DNA of 63,330 bases, filler included, from Polymyxa betae A26-41 (lineage: Eukaryota > Protista > Endomyxa: Phytomyxea), in the NCBI GenBank assembly GCA_003693705.1. It is 7 parts of 7 records of this genome, joined end to end, with 100 filler letters (N's around TTAATTAATTAA, not from the genome) between each part and the next. Parts side by side here need not be neighbours in the genome. Positions count along the whole stretch, not along the records: positions 1 to 21,827 come from RBZT01000257.1; positions 21,928 to 27,858 come from RBZT01000769.1; 5 more parts are not named here. One strand, given 5' to 3'. The notes beneath the pieces are model-generated. The model made no database searches. It was not told the origin of the DNA and saw nothing but the letters and a program-made list of their open reading frames with translations. Positions 11,401 through 24,900 of the stretch are shown here, in pieces (position 1 is the stretch's first letter; each line of letters starts with the position of its first letter). Both the position numbers and the translations under genes were made by a program.

Positions 11401-13282
11401 ACGCAATCAGTTCGAGGAGGCGGGAACACTGGTTGACGGCAATGAAGGAGGAATACGACTCATTCATATGAAACGAGACATTGACGATGTATCGACTGCC
11501 AACAGAACGAAAAGAGATCAAGAACAAATGGGTGTTCAAGGCGAAGACCCAGACCGACGGAACTGTGGACCGATACAAGGCTCGACTAGTAGCGCAAGGT
11601 TTCTCTCAGCGGCACGGGGTTGATTATGACGAATCCTTCTCGCCAGTAGCCAGCATGACGACGATTCGGACTTTGATTAGCCGGTTTGCAGAAGATTGGC
11701 ACGTGCGTCAGATGGATGTTGATAAGCTTACCTGAATGCCAAGCTCGACTTCGAACTATACTTTTCGTAGCCTATAGGATTTGAGGCAGCTGACAGCAAG
11801 GGAGAGCCATTCGTTTGTCGCCTTAATAAGGAAATTTACGGTTGGAAACAAGCGGGCTTAACATGGTGCAATCAAATCACGACATTGTTAACTGACCTCG
11901 GATTCAGCAAATCGCCATCCGATTGTTGCCATTTCATCAAGAGTGGTCGCACACCAATCCTCCTCGCCATCTGGGTTGACGACATTATCTTCGCTTCGAA
12001 AAGCTTAGACCTGATGCACGAATTTGAGAAATGCCTCTCTGAACGACTACGAGTAAAGATACTGGGGAACATCCATCATATCCTAGGTTAGAAGATCAGC
12101 AAGAACCGCGACAGAAACGTGCACGTGACACAGGGCTCATACATAATTCGAGTTTTGGAGCGATACCGAATGCACGACGCGTATCCAGTCAAGACTGCTT
12201 CCCTAAAAGAACAGCAAGCGGCTGACAGCGACGAGACGGACGACTGCGACTTCCCTTACCAGGAGGCGGTTAAGAGTTTGTCTTACATCGCGAACCGAAC
12301 ACGACCCGACATCTCCCAAGCCGTTAACTTCGCCCCCAGATTCGTTGCAATGCCGACGAAGAATAACATCATAGGAGTGAAGCGAATTTTAAGGTATCTG
12401 AAGGGCAGTATCAACACAGGCATATCATTCAGGCCATCCCGACATTATAACCTGGTTGGATTTGCAGACGCCGATTTCGTTTGTGATCGAGAGGACGCCT
12501 GATCGACATCCGGCTTCGTGTTCATTACAAACGGTCCAATCAGTTGGAAGTCCAAAAGACAGCAACTCGCAGCACTATCAACAACCGAAGCGGAAATTAA
12601 TGCACTAGCAGAGGCTGCAAAAGAGGCCATCTGGCTTCGAAACTTACTCAGCGACATGGGTTTCATTAACAACTACAAGCCGACTACGATTTCCGAGGAC
12701 AACGCCGGCTGCATCGCACTAGTCAACGGGAAGAAGAACGAAACATCTCGCAGTTCGAATCGCCTTCATCCGCGTCCTGGTCGACACTAAGATCATACTA
12801 GTCAAATCCTGTCCGACAACGGAGATGGTCGCAGATCCACTCAACAAGCCATTCGGCGCGACCGACTTCAAGAACAAGACAGCGCACATCATAGCAGCGG
12901 CGGACGGCACTAACATCGTCAGCGGCGACACAGCCGGAGACGACTCTGGCCCCGACGACGGAAACAGCCACGACTCTATCAAGCAGACCGGCCACGACGA
13001 GTATCTCCCCACACCTTGTTCGAGGGAGAGTGTTATGGTTGTGGTGGCTGCGCCAAGCAGTCTTTCTGACGCTGAGGTGCTGGCTGCGCCTGGGTCCAGC
13101 CAGCGTACCCGCCCAATCAAGATATCATTGGTGGCAAAGACCAAGATACCTGTCGAGTGCCACGACTGAACGAACTCGTGCCTGTCGATACAAATAATGT
13201 ATTAAAGAAAGGAAATTATCATTCCCGAAAAGCAGCCTCTCTGTTCACTGCGTTAATCGCTATATAGCTACCTTCAATATCA
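8475..13282 (+). mobile_element. Near-complete Ty1/copia retrotransposon with disrupted gag-pol
   Basis: 5' LTR 8475-8667 (about 59 bp truncated), PBS gggtatgggcccagc 8668-8682 (iMet half-tRNA type), gag with two zinc knuckles, protease WIIDSGAT, integrase QQNGIAERMN, RT YKARLVAQGFSQ/IWVDD, RNase H MVADPLNKP, PPT cgagggagag, 3' LTR TG..CA 13031-13282. Confidence 0.95.
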
Positions 13283-14166
13283 TGTCTACGGATGGTCGAA
13301 CTGGTAGTTATCGCAATCCAAACGTTGCAGTACCCTTGTCCTGAACTGAATAGATTCGCCAAGGAGGCGATAGTCTCTTATCTCAACCAATATTAGTGGT
13401 ATTGCACAATTCATGATGATGGAATTGCAGACGGATCGATTGACCCGAAAATAAAGCCGCGTTCAATTAAATCGGCGGTTCATCCGAGCACCCTTACTTT
13501 AATTAGTGACTTGTTGTTAAAGGTGTGCAAAGATGAAGTAGACTCGGAGCAGCTGTTGAGCTGGATGCGCAACAAAGTTGGGAAAACGGAGCCCGATCCT
13601 GGGTCCATGAGTACCATTCTGAAGCGTAAGTTGGCTGGGATAGTGAAATTGGGCGGCAGGAATGATCCTGAGGATCTTATCGTTCGTCTGTTTAATACCT
13701 TCAACGAAACCGTAGCTAATAAAGGGCGGGCCTCAGCTTTCGATGGAACGGATGGCCGCAAACTGAAAATCCAATACTTGGTCGACGATATGCGTGGTGA
13801 ACCTACACTGCATCAGCTAGTTAAAGATGCTCTTGGAAAGGACTCGAAGCGTAATCGTGACGAAATCCGATTCTTCGAGATAGCCTGCGCGGAAGCATTT
13901 TGTGCTCACAAACTTCGCAACGCTGAAGAGATTATTTCCGCACGTGATGGAGTCAAGAAACGCATGAGTAGTTCTGGGAAATACAAAGCTGATTGTAACG
14001 AGCCGAAGAGCAAAAAACCGAAGCAGAGTAAAAAGCCTATAGCCACTCCGAAATCGAAAGGCAAATGTCTACAATGTGGCTCTGAAGATCACAAAAAGGA
14101 GGAATGCCCTAAGAAGCCCAGCGCTGAGCGTCAGCGACCGTTATTAGAGCAACTCAAGCAGGCTAA

Positions 14167-14396
14167 GGGCTCGTTTGGCAACCACCACCGGAATTCCGTA
14201 GCGGAAAATTCCTGAGATTGTTTCCGCAGGCAGTGACCTGCGGACAAATTCGACGGAATTCCGGCGCCGCCTACGGAATTCCGGTTTCCTCTGTCCACGC
14301 TCTCCAAACACTCAAATCGCCGGAAATTCGGAAATTTCCGTTTTTCTGGCGAAAACTGCGGAATTCCACAGTTTTCCGCTGCTGCCAAACGAGCCC
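14167..14396. mobile_element. 230-bp PIF/Harbinger (Tourist-like) MITE
   Basis: Perfect 14-bp TIRs GGGCTCGTTTGGCA/TGCCAAACGAGCCC; TAA TSD at 14164-14166 and 14397-14399; removal restores the gag frame (QAKVAEAK). Confidence 0.95.
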
Positions 14397-15340
14397 TAAA
14401 GTTGCGGAAGCAAAAGTCAATAAACCAACTGGTTCCATGTATACTGGACTCTTGATTAAGATCAGGAAACGTGGGGCAGAATCTGACAATTCAGAAATTG
14501 TTATTGAGATTCAAGTGAAAATTTCTAATATGTCATTCTTGCCCAGCATTATTGGATAATGGCTCGGATGCGACCATAATACCGAAATCAATTGCACTTG
14601 AGGCAGAGAAACTGGATCCTGAAAATTTCGAGATTCAGAAACTACCAGAGCCAGAGATCGCGACTCTTGCTGGTAAAACGTCGTTCGAATTGCATGAGAC
14701 GATGAGTCTAGACCTACTACTGATGAGTATGGCAGGTGCGATAACGTTACGAAATTGTAAATGTTACGTCTGGGAAGTCCCCAACCAGGACATCATAATA
14801 GGAAGAGACTTATTGTTAGAAATTGGCATCACACCTGAGCAAGCTCTGGAGATGTTAATTGATTCGATGGAATGTGAGAGAGAAGCCACTTAAAAATGGA
14901 GATCTAACCACTGAGTACGGCCTTGATCACGCCAAGGAGTTGGGAACATCTGAAATGGAATCTGGTTCTCCAGATATCGGAATGATACCGAAGAAGAAAT
15001 GCAATTGGCTATAATCGGCTGATTAATAAAGCTGTCGAAAAAGGACTGCCAATCGAATGGCAATGCCGGCTAAGGGAGCTCATCATGAAATATAGGAATG
15101 TATTTCGATTGAAATTATCCAATGATCCTCCAACCTCAGTCACACCCTTAAAATCTGAGTTGTTTAACAACCCCAAACACATTAAAGGTCCAAATCGAAA
15201 TATGGAAGACAGCAGAGTGAATTTCTGGATGAATTTGTTAGTAAACTCTTGGAATATGGATTGGTTTATGAGAATAGGAATAGCAAATGGGCGTCACCAG
15301 TTGTGGTGGTACAGAAACCGGGAGATCGTGGTTATCGAAT

Positions 15341-15834
15341 AAATGTGTCCGGTAAAGGCTCTGAAAGTCTTCGAGTCGCAGACCTTTGAGCCTAAAGTTG
15401 TGCTGGAGCCTCCGAATGCTGTCAGTCATATCCAAAGATCTGTCGAACTTTTCGAAGCCCACTAAAACTACCTCCAAACAGTTTCACAGACTTTTGAATT
15501 AATCCCTTTTCTGTAGTTCTAAGATTTCTATGGAAATTGATCTGTTGCCAGAATCAAGTGCTGTATATTTTCAGGCAGATGGGAATTCCGAGCTAGCTCC
15601 AAGGAGTTCTCCTTGACCGCAAGAGAAGGTATGGATTAGGTGAAGGCCAGCTGCTCGCAGAGGTGATGGCTATAACCGGTTTACATCTTCCATTAGCTGA
15701 ACGATAAAAAATTCAACAGGAAGAGATCCATATTTTCAAAAAATAAATCTGTGTACTGTATTCAGCGATTTTTACGAGTGACTGGGTGATCTGACCGACC
15801 TTTGCAAAGATCTGTTACATTTGGGGACACCTTT
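15341..15834. mobile_element. 494-bp non-autonomous TIR element with 3-bp AAT TSD
   Basis: Termini aaatgtgtcc / ggacaccttt (9/10 inverted match); AAT on both sides; removal restores RT motif GYRMCVDLRKVN. Confidence 0.8.
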
Positions 15835-18822
15835 AATGTGTGTAGATTTACGAAAAGTCAACAAGCAATGCCATTCCACGATGTTGCCGATGCCACACCT
15901 TGAAGCCATCGTTCAATATTGTGCTGATAAGCAGTATTGGTTCGCAATGGATGCCTTTAAATGTTTCTGGATAATGCCGCTACATCCAGACTCTCAGGAG
16001 ATGATGAGCTTTGCGATTGACAGAGGTGTTTACACTCCTTCTAGAAGCATTCAGGGCCATCTAAACTCCACAATCCAATTCAAGCACGAATGTCAGAAAT
16101 AATTGCTGAAATAATGTATAAATCATTGATTATATGGGTTGACGATCTCTTGGGATACACCCGCACGCTAAATGAGTGGTCTGAAGCTCTACGAAAATTA
16201 TTAGAATTAGCTGAAAAGTCTAGGTTAAAGCTAAACATCGATTGATGCGAGCTAGTTCTTTCGGAACTGAAATTTGCTGGTAATTCTTCATATCAACGGG
16301 CGCCAAACACGACCCAGATTGCATTAAGGCGTTATGTTAATGCAGATCGGTACACCACAGAAGGCTAGTGATTTACAGCAATTTCTAAGTAGTGTACAGT
16401 GGATGCAAAGACACATTCCAGAGTACCATTGCTTAGTGGGAAAATTGCAGGATGTTTTTGAAAATGCAGTGAGAAATCAAACGAAGAGAACTAAATCGAT
16501 TGGTAGAAGTATAACGCTCAGCAAACGCGGCTGCGGTCTTGAACAGCATAATGCGTTTAAATAACTGAAAGAAGCGATTGCTAATTCGGTTCAGCTTGCA
16601 TTTCCAAAATCGGACTATATCCAATGCATTTTCACATGCTGAATTCCAACCTGCTACCCTGGTCGTGGACCCTGGGGCGACGCATGGCCACACACAACAG
16701 ACACCGCAACCCTGCATATCGCCCACAGTGACACAATGATGCCAACAGTGCCAACAGCTTGCATGGTATGTCCGTGGCGGAGTTTATTGCTTATATGACA
16801 GTGCCCTATTCTATTATCCATATATAATGGCCATCGAGCCCAGAATACATTCATTCATCTATTTACTCCCTTCCTGTAACGTCTTCCTTTCTATCTTTCG
16901 ATTAAGACCCTGGTCCTTCAGCCCTGCTGTCTAACAGAACACACATATACAAGACTTGTTAAAATCTTTATTCTCTGAATTTAGATGGGATATCTCGCAG
17001 TGGCCTTGGCTGGTCCTTCATGTGCAGCATACACTGAACCACAGAAGCCAGGCCAGGTTAGGAAACCGTGCTCCGGTTGAGTTAAAAACTGGACAGCCTC
17101 TTGATAATTCCTAGCAGGATGTGATTCGGATGCATGTGGCTGACTTGATGCCAGTCGCGCCGCCATCGACCGCCGTGATAGAGCAGCACTATGATCGTTT
17201 GATCAAAGCGCTGGCTGAATTTCATAAAACTGCGAACGTGTTTACTAATAATGAAAGATATAAAAAACGGCAAAAATCGACTAAAAATCGCATGATAAAT
17301 CTGGAAGTGGGGAGTATGTACTCGAATCAGTATCGGATCCAAACAGAGCACCTGGCTGCAAAATGAGACACAAGTGGCGTGGACTGTTCAAAGTAACGCG
17401 TGCTATCAGCCCCTGGGTCTACGAAGTCGAGGACATTGTCAGCTTGAAAGCGACTAACATTCACATTGAGAGACTAAGATTGTATGCTGATACTGTAAGC
17501 AATTGAATGTCGATGTTGATATCAAATCACAGTATTGTTCTGACAATGTAAATTCTGACTTGAGGAATTCCAGGATGTTCGAAGGAACAAGCAGACGGGT
17601 GAATTTGAAGTGTTCAGGAGCTGGAAAGGTTTCGAAAATGATCAGAACAGTTCGGAGCCGATTGGTAACCTATTGATCGATGTGCCTGAGCTTGTAAAGA
17701 GATTGAAACCGAAAAAAGGACACAGGCTAAAGAAGGAATGGGAAATGTGTATTTCTGTTCAACGCCAGCGTTGAGTATACCTTCCTCCAGTTTTATCCCA
17801 CGAGGTTTTCCTGGGGGTTGTTACGAAAGTATTCGTAGCTCAAACAGTAGTAGGGTAGCTAATCCTGTATTGTTGGTCAAAACAATAAGAACTTCTGGCT
17901 TTCGAGACCAATTAACTAATCTCTCCTCCAATGGGTCTTGGCAACATCGTCATGTCAGGATCAGAGTAGTGACTCAGAGATGGCACACGTGTCGCAACAG
18001 GGTTTACTGGTGCTCAAGCAAGGTCGAGATTTTTCTTGGAGAAGGGAGTGTGGTGATCTGGTTAGCGCAGCCCACATACGATACTTTCTACAGTACGCAA
18101 TTAATCTAGACTCATTCTATTCTATTGTCTCCATCTGTGGTCGACTGTCTCGTACCTCAGATCGGCACACACTGTCTCTCTATAATCAGTATAATGGCAT
18201 TACCGGTCATTGGTTCTAGTAATCTTGAGTTAGCTACCTTTTTCATGCTTAGAACGTCTGCTCCTGACTTACTCTTTCTATAAGTAAAGCGGTTGCTGGT
18301 GTCAGTGGCCACGATGACGAAGAAGGTTGGCGTTTTCACAAGACTATCTTCTCAATTTTCATATCTTCGGGGGCGGCTATGCCCAATTCCAAAATTTTAA
18401 TGTTTATTCTCCATGTTAATTATGCTTTGACGTTTATCATGCTGCAGTCTTTTGCTAAACATGGACTGCATGAGGTTTTTTTCTGGAGCTTTCCTATGAA
18501 GCACCTGTCTCTCATAATTGCCCTACCGGTCATTGATTCTGGTTCAAAATTTGCGTGTGCTGGTTCGATTCATGCTTAAGTCGTCTTTTGGCTTATTCTT
18601 GCTATAGGTATTGCGATTGCTGTTGTCGGTTGCCGCGATGATAAAGAAGGTCGAAGTATTTGTCGAGAGCAGCCCTGCCCAGCACAGCCTACTGGGACGC
18701 GCCGCCTATACCCTGTTCCCGATCGTCGCGCTCGTGCCGCCGACGCCGCCGCCGCCGATCCTCAGCATTCGACGGAACGTGGCGTATCTACTTCCGATTG
18801 CCTGAATCACCCACCCAATTCA

Positions 18823-18902
18823 TTTTAAAATCGGTTTGTTTTATATAAACCGTTTTCTTGAGTTAGTCACCGTAGAAATCGAGCGACAAAACCGATTCTA
18901 AA
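18823..18902. repeat. Short imperfect inverted repeat (aaaatcggttt motifs)
   Basis: ttttaaaatcggttt at 18823-18837 versus aaaccgattctaaaa at 18888-18902. Confidence 0.6.
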
Positions 18903-19289
18903 ATCGGTGCATTAAAATCATGGTTCTCGCACACTCTGACCGTGAAGACCAATTTGCCAACCGAGGCACCGAGGAGCAAACTGATGACGGGACTAGAGGA
19001 TCCACATAGCAGGACTCAAATCTCGTCGCTCACCAGGAGTCAATCGCAGATGGAGAAGAACACTAAGAGAAAGTTCAACAAAATCAACAAGAAGCCAGGA
19101 GTTGATCCTGGAGATGCTCTCGGAACTAAAGCAACTCATTGGTCCGGCCGTCCTGATCAAGACGACGATGAGGACGGAGATCAAAACCCAGACATCAAGC
19201 CGCCCCGTGACGACCTGAATGGGGCCGATCGCAATACTCCTTCGGGTAACACCCCGGTCCTAAACGCTCATCACGGGACCACGGACATG

Positions 19290-19737
19290 TCTGAGACCAA
19301 CACCAGGCCCTCAGGCCCCACTAATGGGGTGCCGAACCTTCGCCATGCAGCACAGTCGCAGCATCGACGGCGCCTGGAGACCTTAAACTTCAATCCCGAA
19401 GACAACCCGTACATGGTTCCGAAAGTGGGTGAATCGCATGAGCCAGTTTCAACAACATTATCAGCTGTCAGATGCCGACGCCATCGCTGAGCTGCAATGG
19501 TATGGGGGCGACATGTTGGAAGGCCGCCTGGACCTGATCTTGTTCGCTCGATCGGCGGCGTCCCTGAACGCCATTTGCGAGCTCGTCCGGTCTGTCATGC
19601 CCGCAGGAGCGGCGCAAATGGCACGGCGAGCTTTCCATATCTGCCGTCAGATGGATCGCGAATCCGGTTCATCTTTCATCCGACGCTTCCAAGTCGCACT
19701 CACTGAATATCGCCGGTTCGCCACTGGAACGCTTTAA
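19290..19737 (+). mobile_element. Retrotransposon gag-like fragment
   Basis: ARRAFHICRQMDRESGSSFIRRFQ resembles the Retrotrans_gag QxxxEsxxxY/FxxRF motif. Confidence 0.5.
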
Positions 19738-19996
19738 AAAATCGCGCAATCGCAATTTATGTCATGACACAAATGTGACATAAATGGGAGCACAAGCGTG
19801 ACACAAACGTCACACAAACCTTGGTGAGACGTAATTTACGTCTGACCAAATTTTGTGTCATGACACAAAGTAAATCTGCGCCGCGGACTCCGTGACGGTC
19901 TATCAATTGTTGGGTCTTTCGTTTCTTTGGTAGTTTAGACGGTCGGTTCTTGTCGATTTTCTTCGTTCCTTTTCAGATCAGACCGAGATCAGACGT

Positions 19997-21080
19997 ATGG
20001 TTCCTGCTGAGAAGGGCAAAAGGGCAAAAACTTCAAAGGCCCCGAAAATACCAGTAACAGGTTCTGTTTGTTAAAAAATCGATATGAAAATTAATGTTTA
20101 GGATTGCTGGACCTTGCTGAACGAATCCTTCCATTCCGTGCCGAGCAATGGGACTTAATAGCGCTAGAATACAATAGGTATCTTCCGACCTCGTGGACAG
20201 CACGAGATGGCGAAAGTTTGCGACGGAAATTCAACAGTTTGAAGAACTTAAAGAAGCCTTCTGGTAGTGCTCTAGTTTTACTTAGTAATAAACTCATAGT
20301 ACGTGACAGGAGATCCAAAAATGCCTGACGAAGTTCGACGAGCAAAAAGCATTCATCGACTGATAGAAGCAAAATGCGGCGTTGCTACTTTGGATAATTC
20401 GGCGATTGTTGAATAAGACTAGGAGTTTCCTGAATTGGACTTAGAAGATAGGTCTTTGGCTTGGGAATCGGGTCTGATCAGTGTCGCGTCTTGTCCCCAA
20501 GACACCTCGTTGCCCGATTCTCTTCTGTTTCCGAACGACTCCGAGCAGGTGTCCGAGGGAACTCGTACTCAAGCTGATGTGTTGTTCCCCCAGCTGCTTA
20601 GCCCTCCCTGCGCACATGAAGGATAGTGGCGATGGCACTGTTAACAATCTCGTAGCCACACCTCGAAGTGGTCTTCCGCCTCCTGCATTGGCGGAATTGT
20701 CAGCTCAGATTCAGAACTAACAGACTCCGGGTAGTACCGAGCCAAATGTGATTCTTTCCCAGACGGCACGTCGCCGAATGAGCTTAGATTGCTTGATTTC
20801 TGACGACAGTTTGAACAGTTCACAGTCAGCAACTGATGTCAATGCTATGATGCAGTTGTTCATTGCTCTCGATGAGCGCCAGGCGGCACGTGAACAGGCA
20901 TATCGCCAGGAGCAGGAACGTCGTGCTGCAGATAGAGAGGAACGCGAACGTCAATTCGAAAGTGAACGCGCGGAGCGTGCGGCTGCTCGGGATCAACAAC
21001 AAACTCTACAGAACCAGTTAATGATGGCTTTGGTTGGCAAGCCGCTGGGTGGACAGCATAACCCAGACTTGACTCAATAA
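19997..21080 (+). pseudogene. DUF6818/Myb-like protein of the type carried by Harbinger elements; intron-containing
   Basis: LLDLAERILPFRAEQWDLIALEYN...RDGESLRRKFNSLKNLKKPSG|DPKMPDEVRRAK (after splicing); C-terminal R/E-rich coiled coil; upstream gacacaaa repeats at 19761-19869. Confidence 0.7.
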
Positions 21081-21827
21081 TCCCTCCATCAAACTCTCAT
21101 TTCATTATTCAACAATAAAAACGGAACGAATCTGATTGATTCCAGTTCGACGAACACGCAAATTTTACATTCTGTAGATGTTGACAAGTCTTGTGGCTCT
21201 ACTGTGTGTAGTAAGGCTGTCTCACATTGAAGACAACTAGAACAACTGAGTCAATCGATGCTAGCGATTGATCAGTGATATTAATCCATCGGAAGGTATA
21301 CGTGGAGAACCCTAACGTGACAGGGGGAGACCCGAAAGGGTCAAATCGCCACTGGGGGCCTAGTGGCGGCGGAAACCGCGTGAGTCACGTTCCGGCCTCC
21401 GGAAGCACGGAACTACCCTGGCCGGCCTGGACGAGACCTTGGGGCCTGGAATCTAATTCTACTAAATCATAATTCAATTGTGCTCTCAATTGTAAAGCCT
21501 TTGTTCACGTAGCAGACAAACGACACAAATGGAAACATTCCATGGCAACGGGAGAGCAGTAACCGGAATCATTTCTGTGCCGACCCCATACCCCACTCCG
21601 CTGCCTAGCGAATAGATGTGATAGCATTCGACATGGCTTGTAACCCCAATCGGCACTGAGGAGAGTCTCTTTCAAGGTCACATTCCTTCAAGGGAGTAAT
21701 GATTTTTCTTACCGGAAATGCAGAATCGGTTGCGCATTTACCTGTGGCCAGGGGCATGATGCAAGTTATTTACGCGCTCTGCATTGCGGCATATATGTAA
21801 GGAATTACCAGAGTCGAGGAGCCATTC

Positions 21828-21927
21828 NNNNNNNNNNNNNNNNNNNNNNNNNNNNNNNNNNNNNNNNNNNNTTAATTAATTAANNNNNNNNNNNNNNNNN
21901 NNNNNNNNNNNNNNNNNNNNNNNNNNN
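21828..21927. other. Artificial contig spacer N44-TTAATTAATTAA-N44 (also at 27859-27958, 31831-31930, 50187-50286, 56871-56970, 60843-60942)
   Basis: The identical 100-bp all-frame-stop linker occurs six times. Confidence 0.98.
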
Positions 21928-24900
21928 TTTTAATAAATCTGATACACGGGAAAGCTTCCTTTTCCGGGACAGACCAATTTGAGGACGATTTTTTGAAGGC
22001 ACCACTACAAAATGCCAGCGGTTGATGGTGTTGTTCTTTGAAAGGCAAATGAAGCTCCGATTCGGGAACTTGAGTAACAACGACCATCCAATAATCTTTG
22101 CTCGCATCCGTAAATAGACATGGAACTAGATCGTCTGAGGGATACGACAGCGTGACAGCATTCTTGATCGAATCAATAGCAGAACGGAAAGCAGCAACGT
22201 GCTCTTCCTCCCAACCCAGATCAGAGAGCAGGATCCGTGAAGCGAACTTCTTGGTGCGGACCGGCGCAGACGATAGAGCGCTCTCCAATAGTTGACGTAG
22301 CGGATCAATTTTTCTCGAGAAATCAGGGATTGACGAAGAAAGCCAGGTCGCGGCGTCCACGAATTGCATGAGGTCTCCGGCCGTCTTAGGAAAGCCGAAA
22401 TTTGACAGCGCTTGAATCCGACGAGGATCCGGGGAGATCCCTTTCTCAGAGTAGATATTTCCACACCAGAGCGCTTCGCGCATAAAGAAACGACATTTCG
22501 AGGCACTCAACTTCAAACAGAATTTGCGACATAAAGTAAAGACAGATCTTAGTAACGATAGCAGCGATGAACAATTAGAAGAAAATCCTAAGAGATCATC
22601 AAACCAGATTAGTAATTGATTAGGGACCAGATCACCAAAGATTTCATGCATTCCTCGTTGGAATGCAAAAACACCATTACAATTTCCTTGACAGACTCTA
22701 GTAGGGGTATATACTCCAAACAGCGTCACGAAACTTTGGCAGTCTACATCACCTTCAACGGGGAATTGCCAATATCCTTTGAAGCAATCCAAAGTGAAAT
22801 ACACAGAAGAATTATGTAAATGACAGCCAAAAGACTGTAAATGAGGCATCGGAAAGTAGAATTTTACCATAGATTTGTTTGTTGGGACCATATCGATGAC
22901 CATACGAGGCTTTTTGAAAGGATCGACGACAAATGTCGGTAACGCCCAGGAAGGGTTTTGGTTAAAGAAAATCAAACCACATTTTTCCAATTCGTTAATC
23001 CAAGAACGCATATATGAACGAGCAGCAGGAGATAAATACGAGAATTAGCCAATACAGGTACAGCACCCGGTTACAGATTCAATAACAAAGGCGTAACTTT
23101 AACGGGAGGGTCAGATCAAAGCGAAATTCGAAATATATCGATAAACTCAAATAACAAAGCACGAAGTTCAGACAAAAACCATACTGGTGCATCGTTAGTC
23201 GCACAATCTTGCAATCGTTCGTCGAGAGCAGCTTGGAGGTCAGTAAAAGAGTTGGTATCTAAAGAAGGCGCATCTTCAGAAACATGATCCACGAAACATT
23301 CGGAATTCACAGATTCATCATCAGAAGCACTTCTTGCCACAATACAAATTAACGATTCAACGTCAATTCCAAGGCGTTGTAGAAAGGGTCTTCCTAGTAA
23401 GACTTCAGACATAGTGATATCAGCAATGTAAATTCTATGGCGCCGAAGGGTAACATTCCCGGCTTCCGTCGGAAGCGAGACATCGAAGAAAATAGAACTT
23501 GAACAGGTGGCTTCATCATCGTTGGCGACACGGAAGGTGATAGGATCCAACGGAATCGCAAACTCTTGAAAGTCGCCGATAAGATTACAGCCCATTACAG
23601 AGAAATCTGCACCATCATCGATAGTGATAGGGACAGTAGCGGTAGTTATGCCAACTGACAACACGGCCGACCTTAAACTTCGGTTAGTAGAAATTTCATC
23701 AGGAGTAAGTAGAGGAGAATCCAGCTTAACAGGCTCAACTCCCACTTCAGCAGGAGGTTGGGCAGCATCTTGTTCCGAATTCCTATCTTCTTCAGAAGAC
23801 GGTACATCGATCTCGAAAGGGGAAAGAGTCATTCGGGAGACACATTGCGTTTGGATTGGTTGGTCTTCAAAGTAGTTGTAAACAGGAACTTCAGACGTTA
23901 ATGCTGCGACAGCAGAGCGGTTAACTGTCGGTTTGGGACCCTGTGAAGTATTCTCCTTGCGTGCCGAGTCCGCAGCTTGGTTCGAGGAACGGTTGGAAAA
24001 GTTGTTATTATAGCGACTATCAGTTGAGAAACGGTTTGGCTTGGCGGAATCTTCTAAAAGATTGTCAGCGGCATGAATGACATTGAGATTACCTTCGCAG
24101 TCTCGGGCCAATTTAAAGATTTCATCGAGTTTGGTAACTTTCCGACCTGAAGCATACACCATAGCACCGAACAGCCTCGAACGCTTACGAAGAGAGTGTA
24201 AAAACATGCGACAGCAGGTTGATTCGGAAACAGGAAATTCCGAAGATACTTCTTTGGCAAAGCGGTAATACTGTGAAAATCGAGAGATATAATCCGATAA
24301 AGATTCATTCGGAAAGGGAGATGACAATTCCAGCTTTTGGCGCAGAACATCTTCAAGGGCTCTAGGATCAGTAGACGAAGCATACCAGGAAGCCAGATGA
24401 TCTAGCAGCTCTTCGCTAGAAGAAGCTTCATCAATCACAGCACGATCCTGGGCCTGTCCAACAAGACAACAATAAAGATGCTGTAGTCGAACTTCTTCTG
24501 GAAGCAGATAAGTAAGTTTCGTAAAACGTGCACAGAATGAAAGGAATTTGAAGGCTCGGACAATAAGGCGGTCATCATCGGATAGATTCTTAGCATCAGA
24601 AGTACCTAAATAACGGAAAGCGTCATCTGAAGAGATAGATTCGCCAAATTTAGGCAACTCAGAAGGTGAAATATAAACAGACTTTACAGGTGTTGGGGGC
24701 GGAGGAGAAGAGACCGTTGGCTTTTCAGCCTTAGGTTCAGTGGTAAATTTTGAAGCAACTGCATCATCAGATTGTTGGTCTGTTGCTGCTGATGCATAAA
24801 GCTCATGAAGACAGATTCGAAGGATGAGAGCGTTTGAGCATTTCCAGGGCTGGAAGCATTACCAGAATTTGGAGCATTATCATCAATTCTAGCATCATGT

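Larger units (their letters stand above)
13283..17745 (+). mobile_element. Degenerate Ty3/gypsy chromovirus-type element with nested insertions
   Basis: gag 13511-14166 with CLQCGSEDHKKEEC; protease LDNGSD at 14552; RT MCVDLRKVN, MDAFKCFW, IWVDDLL; integrase C-term KWRGLFKV; chromodomain EFEVFRSWKGFENDQNSSEP at ~17600; purine tract at ~17730. Confidence 0.88.

Noticed and set aside
9475-13169. Numerous antisense/alternate-frame ORFs in the ORF track
   Set aside because: Shadows of the GC-richer copia gag-pol with no independent coding evidence.
16652-16936. Solo LTR within gypsy RNase H
   Set aside because: TG..CA ends and a TATA are present, but the flanks do not form a TSD and there is no second copy in the window.
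17819-18340. LTR following a G-rich tract
   Set aside because: Boundaries cannot be verified; no paired LTR or TSD.
21173-21540. Solo LTR flanked by acattc
   Set aside because: The right end is not CA at the duplication, so the boundary is ambiguous.
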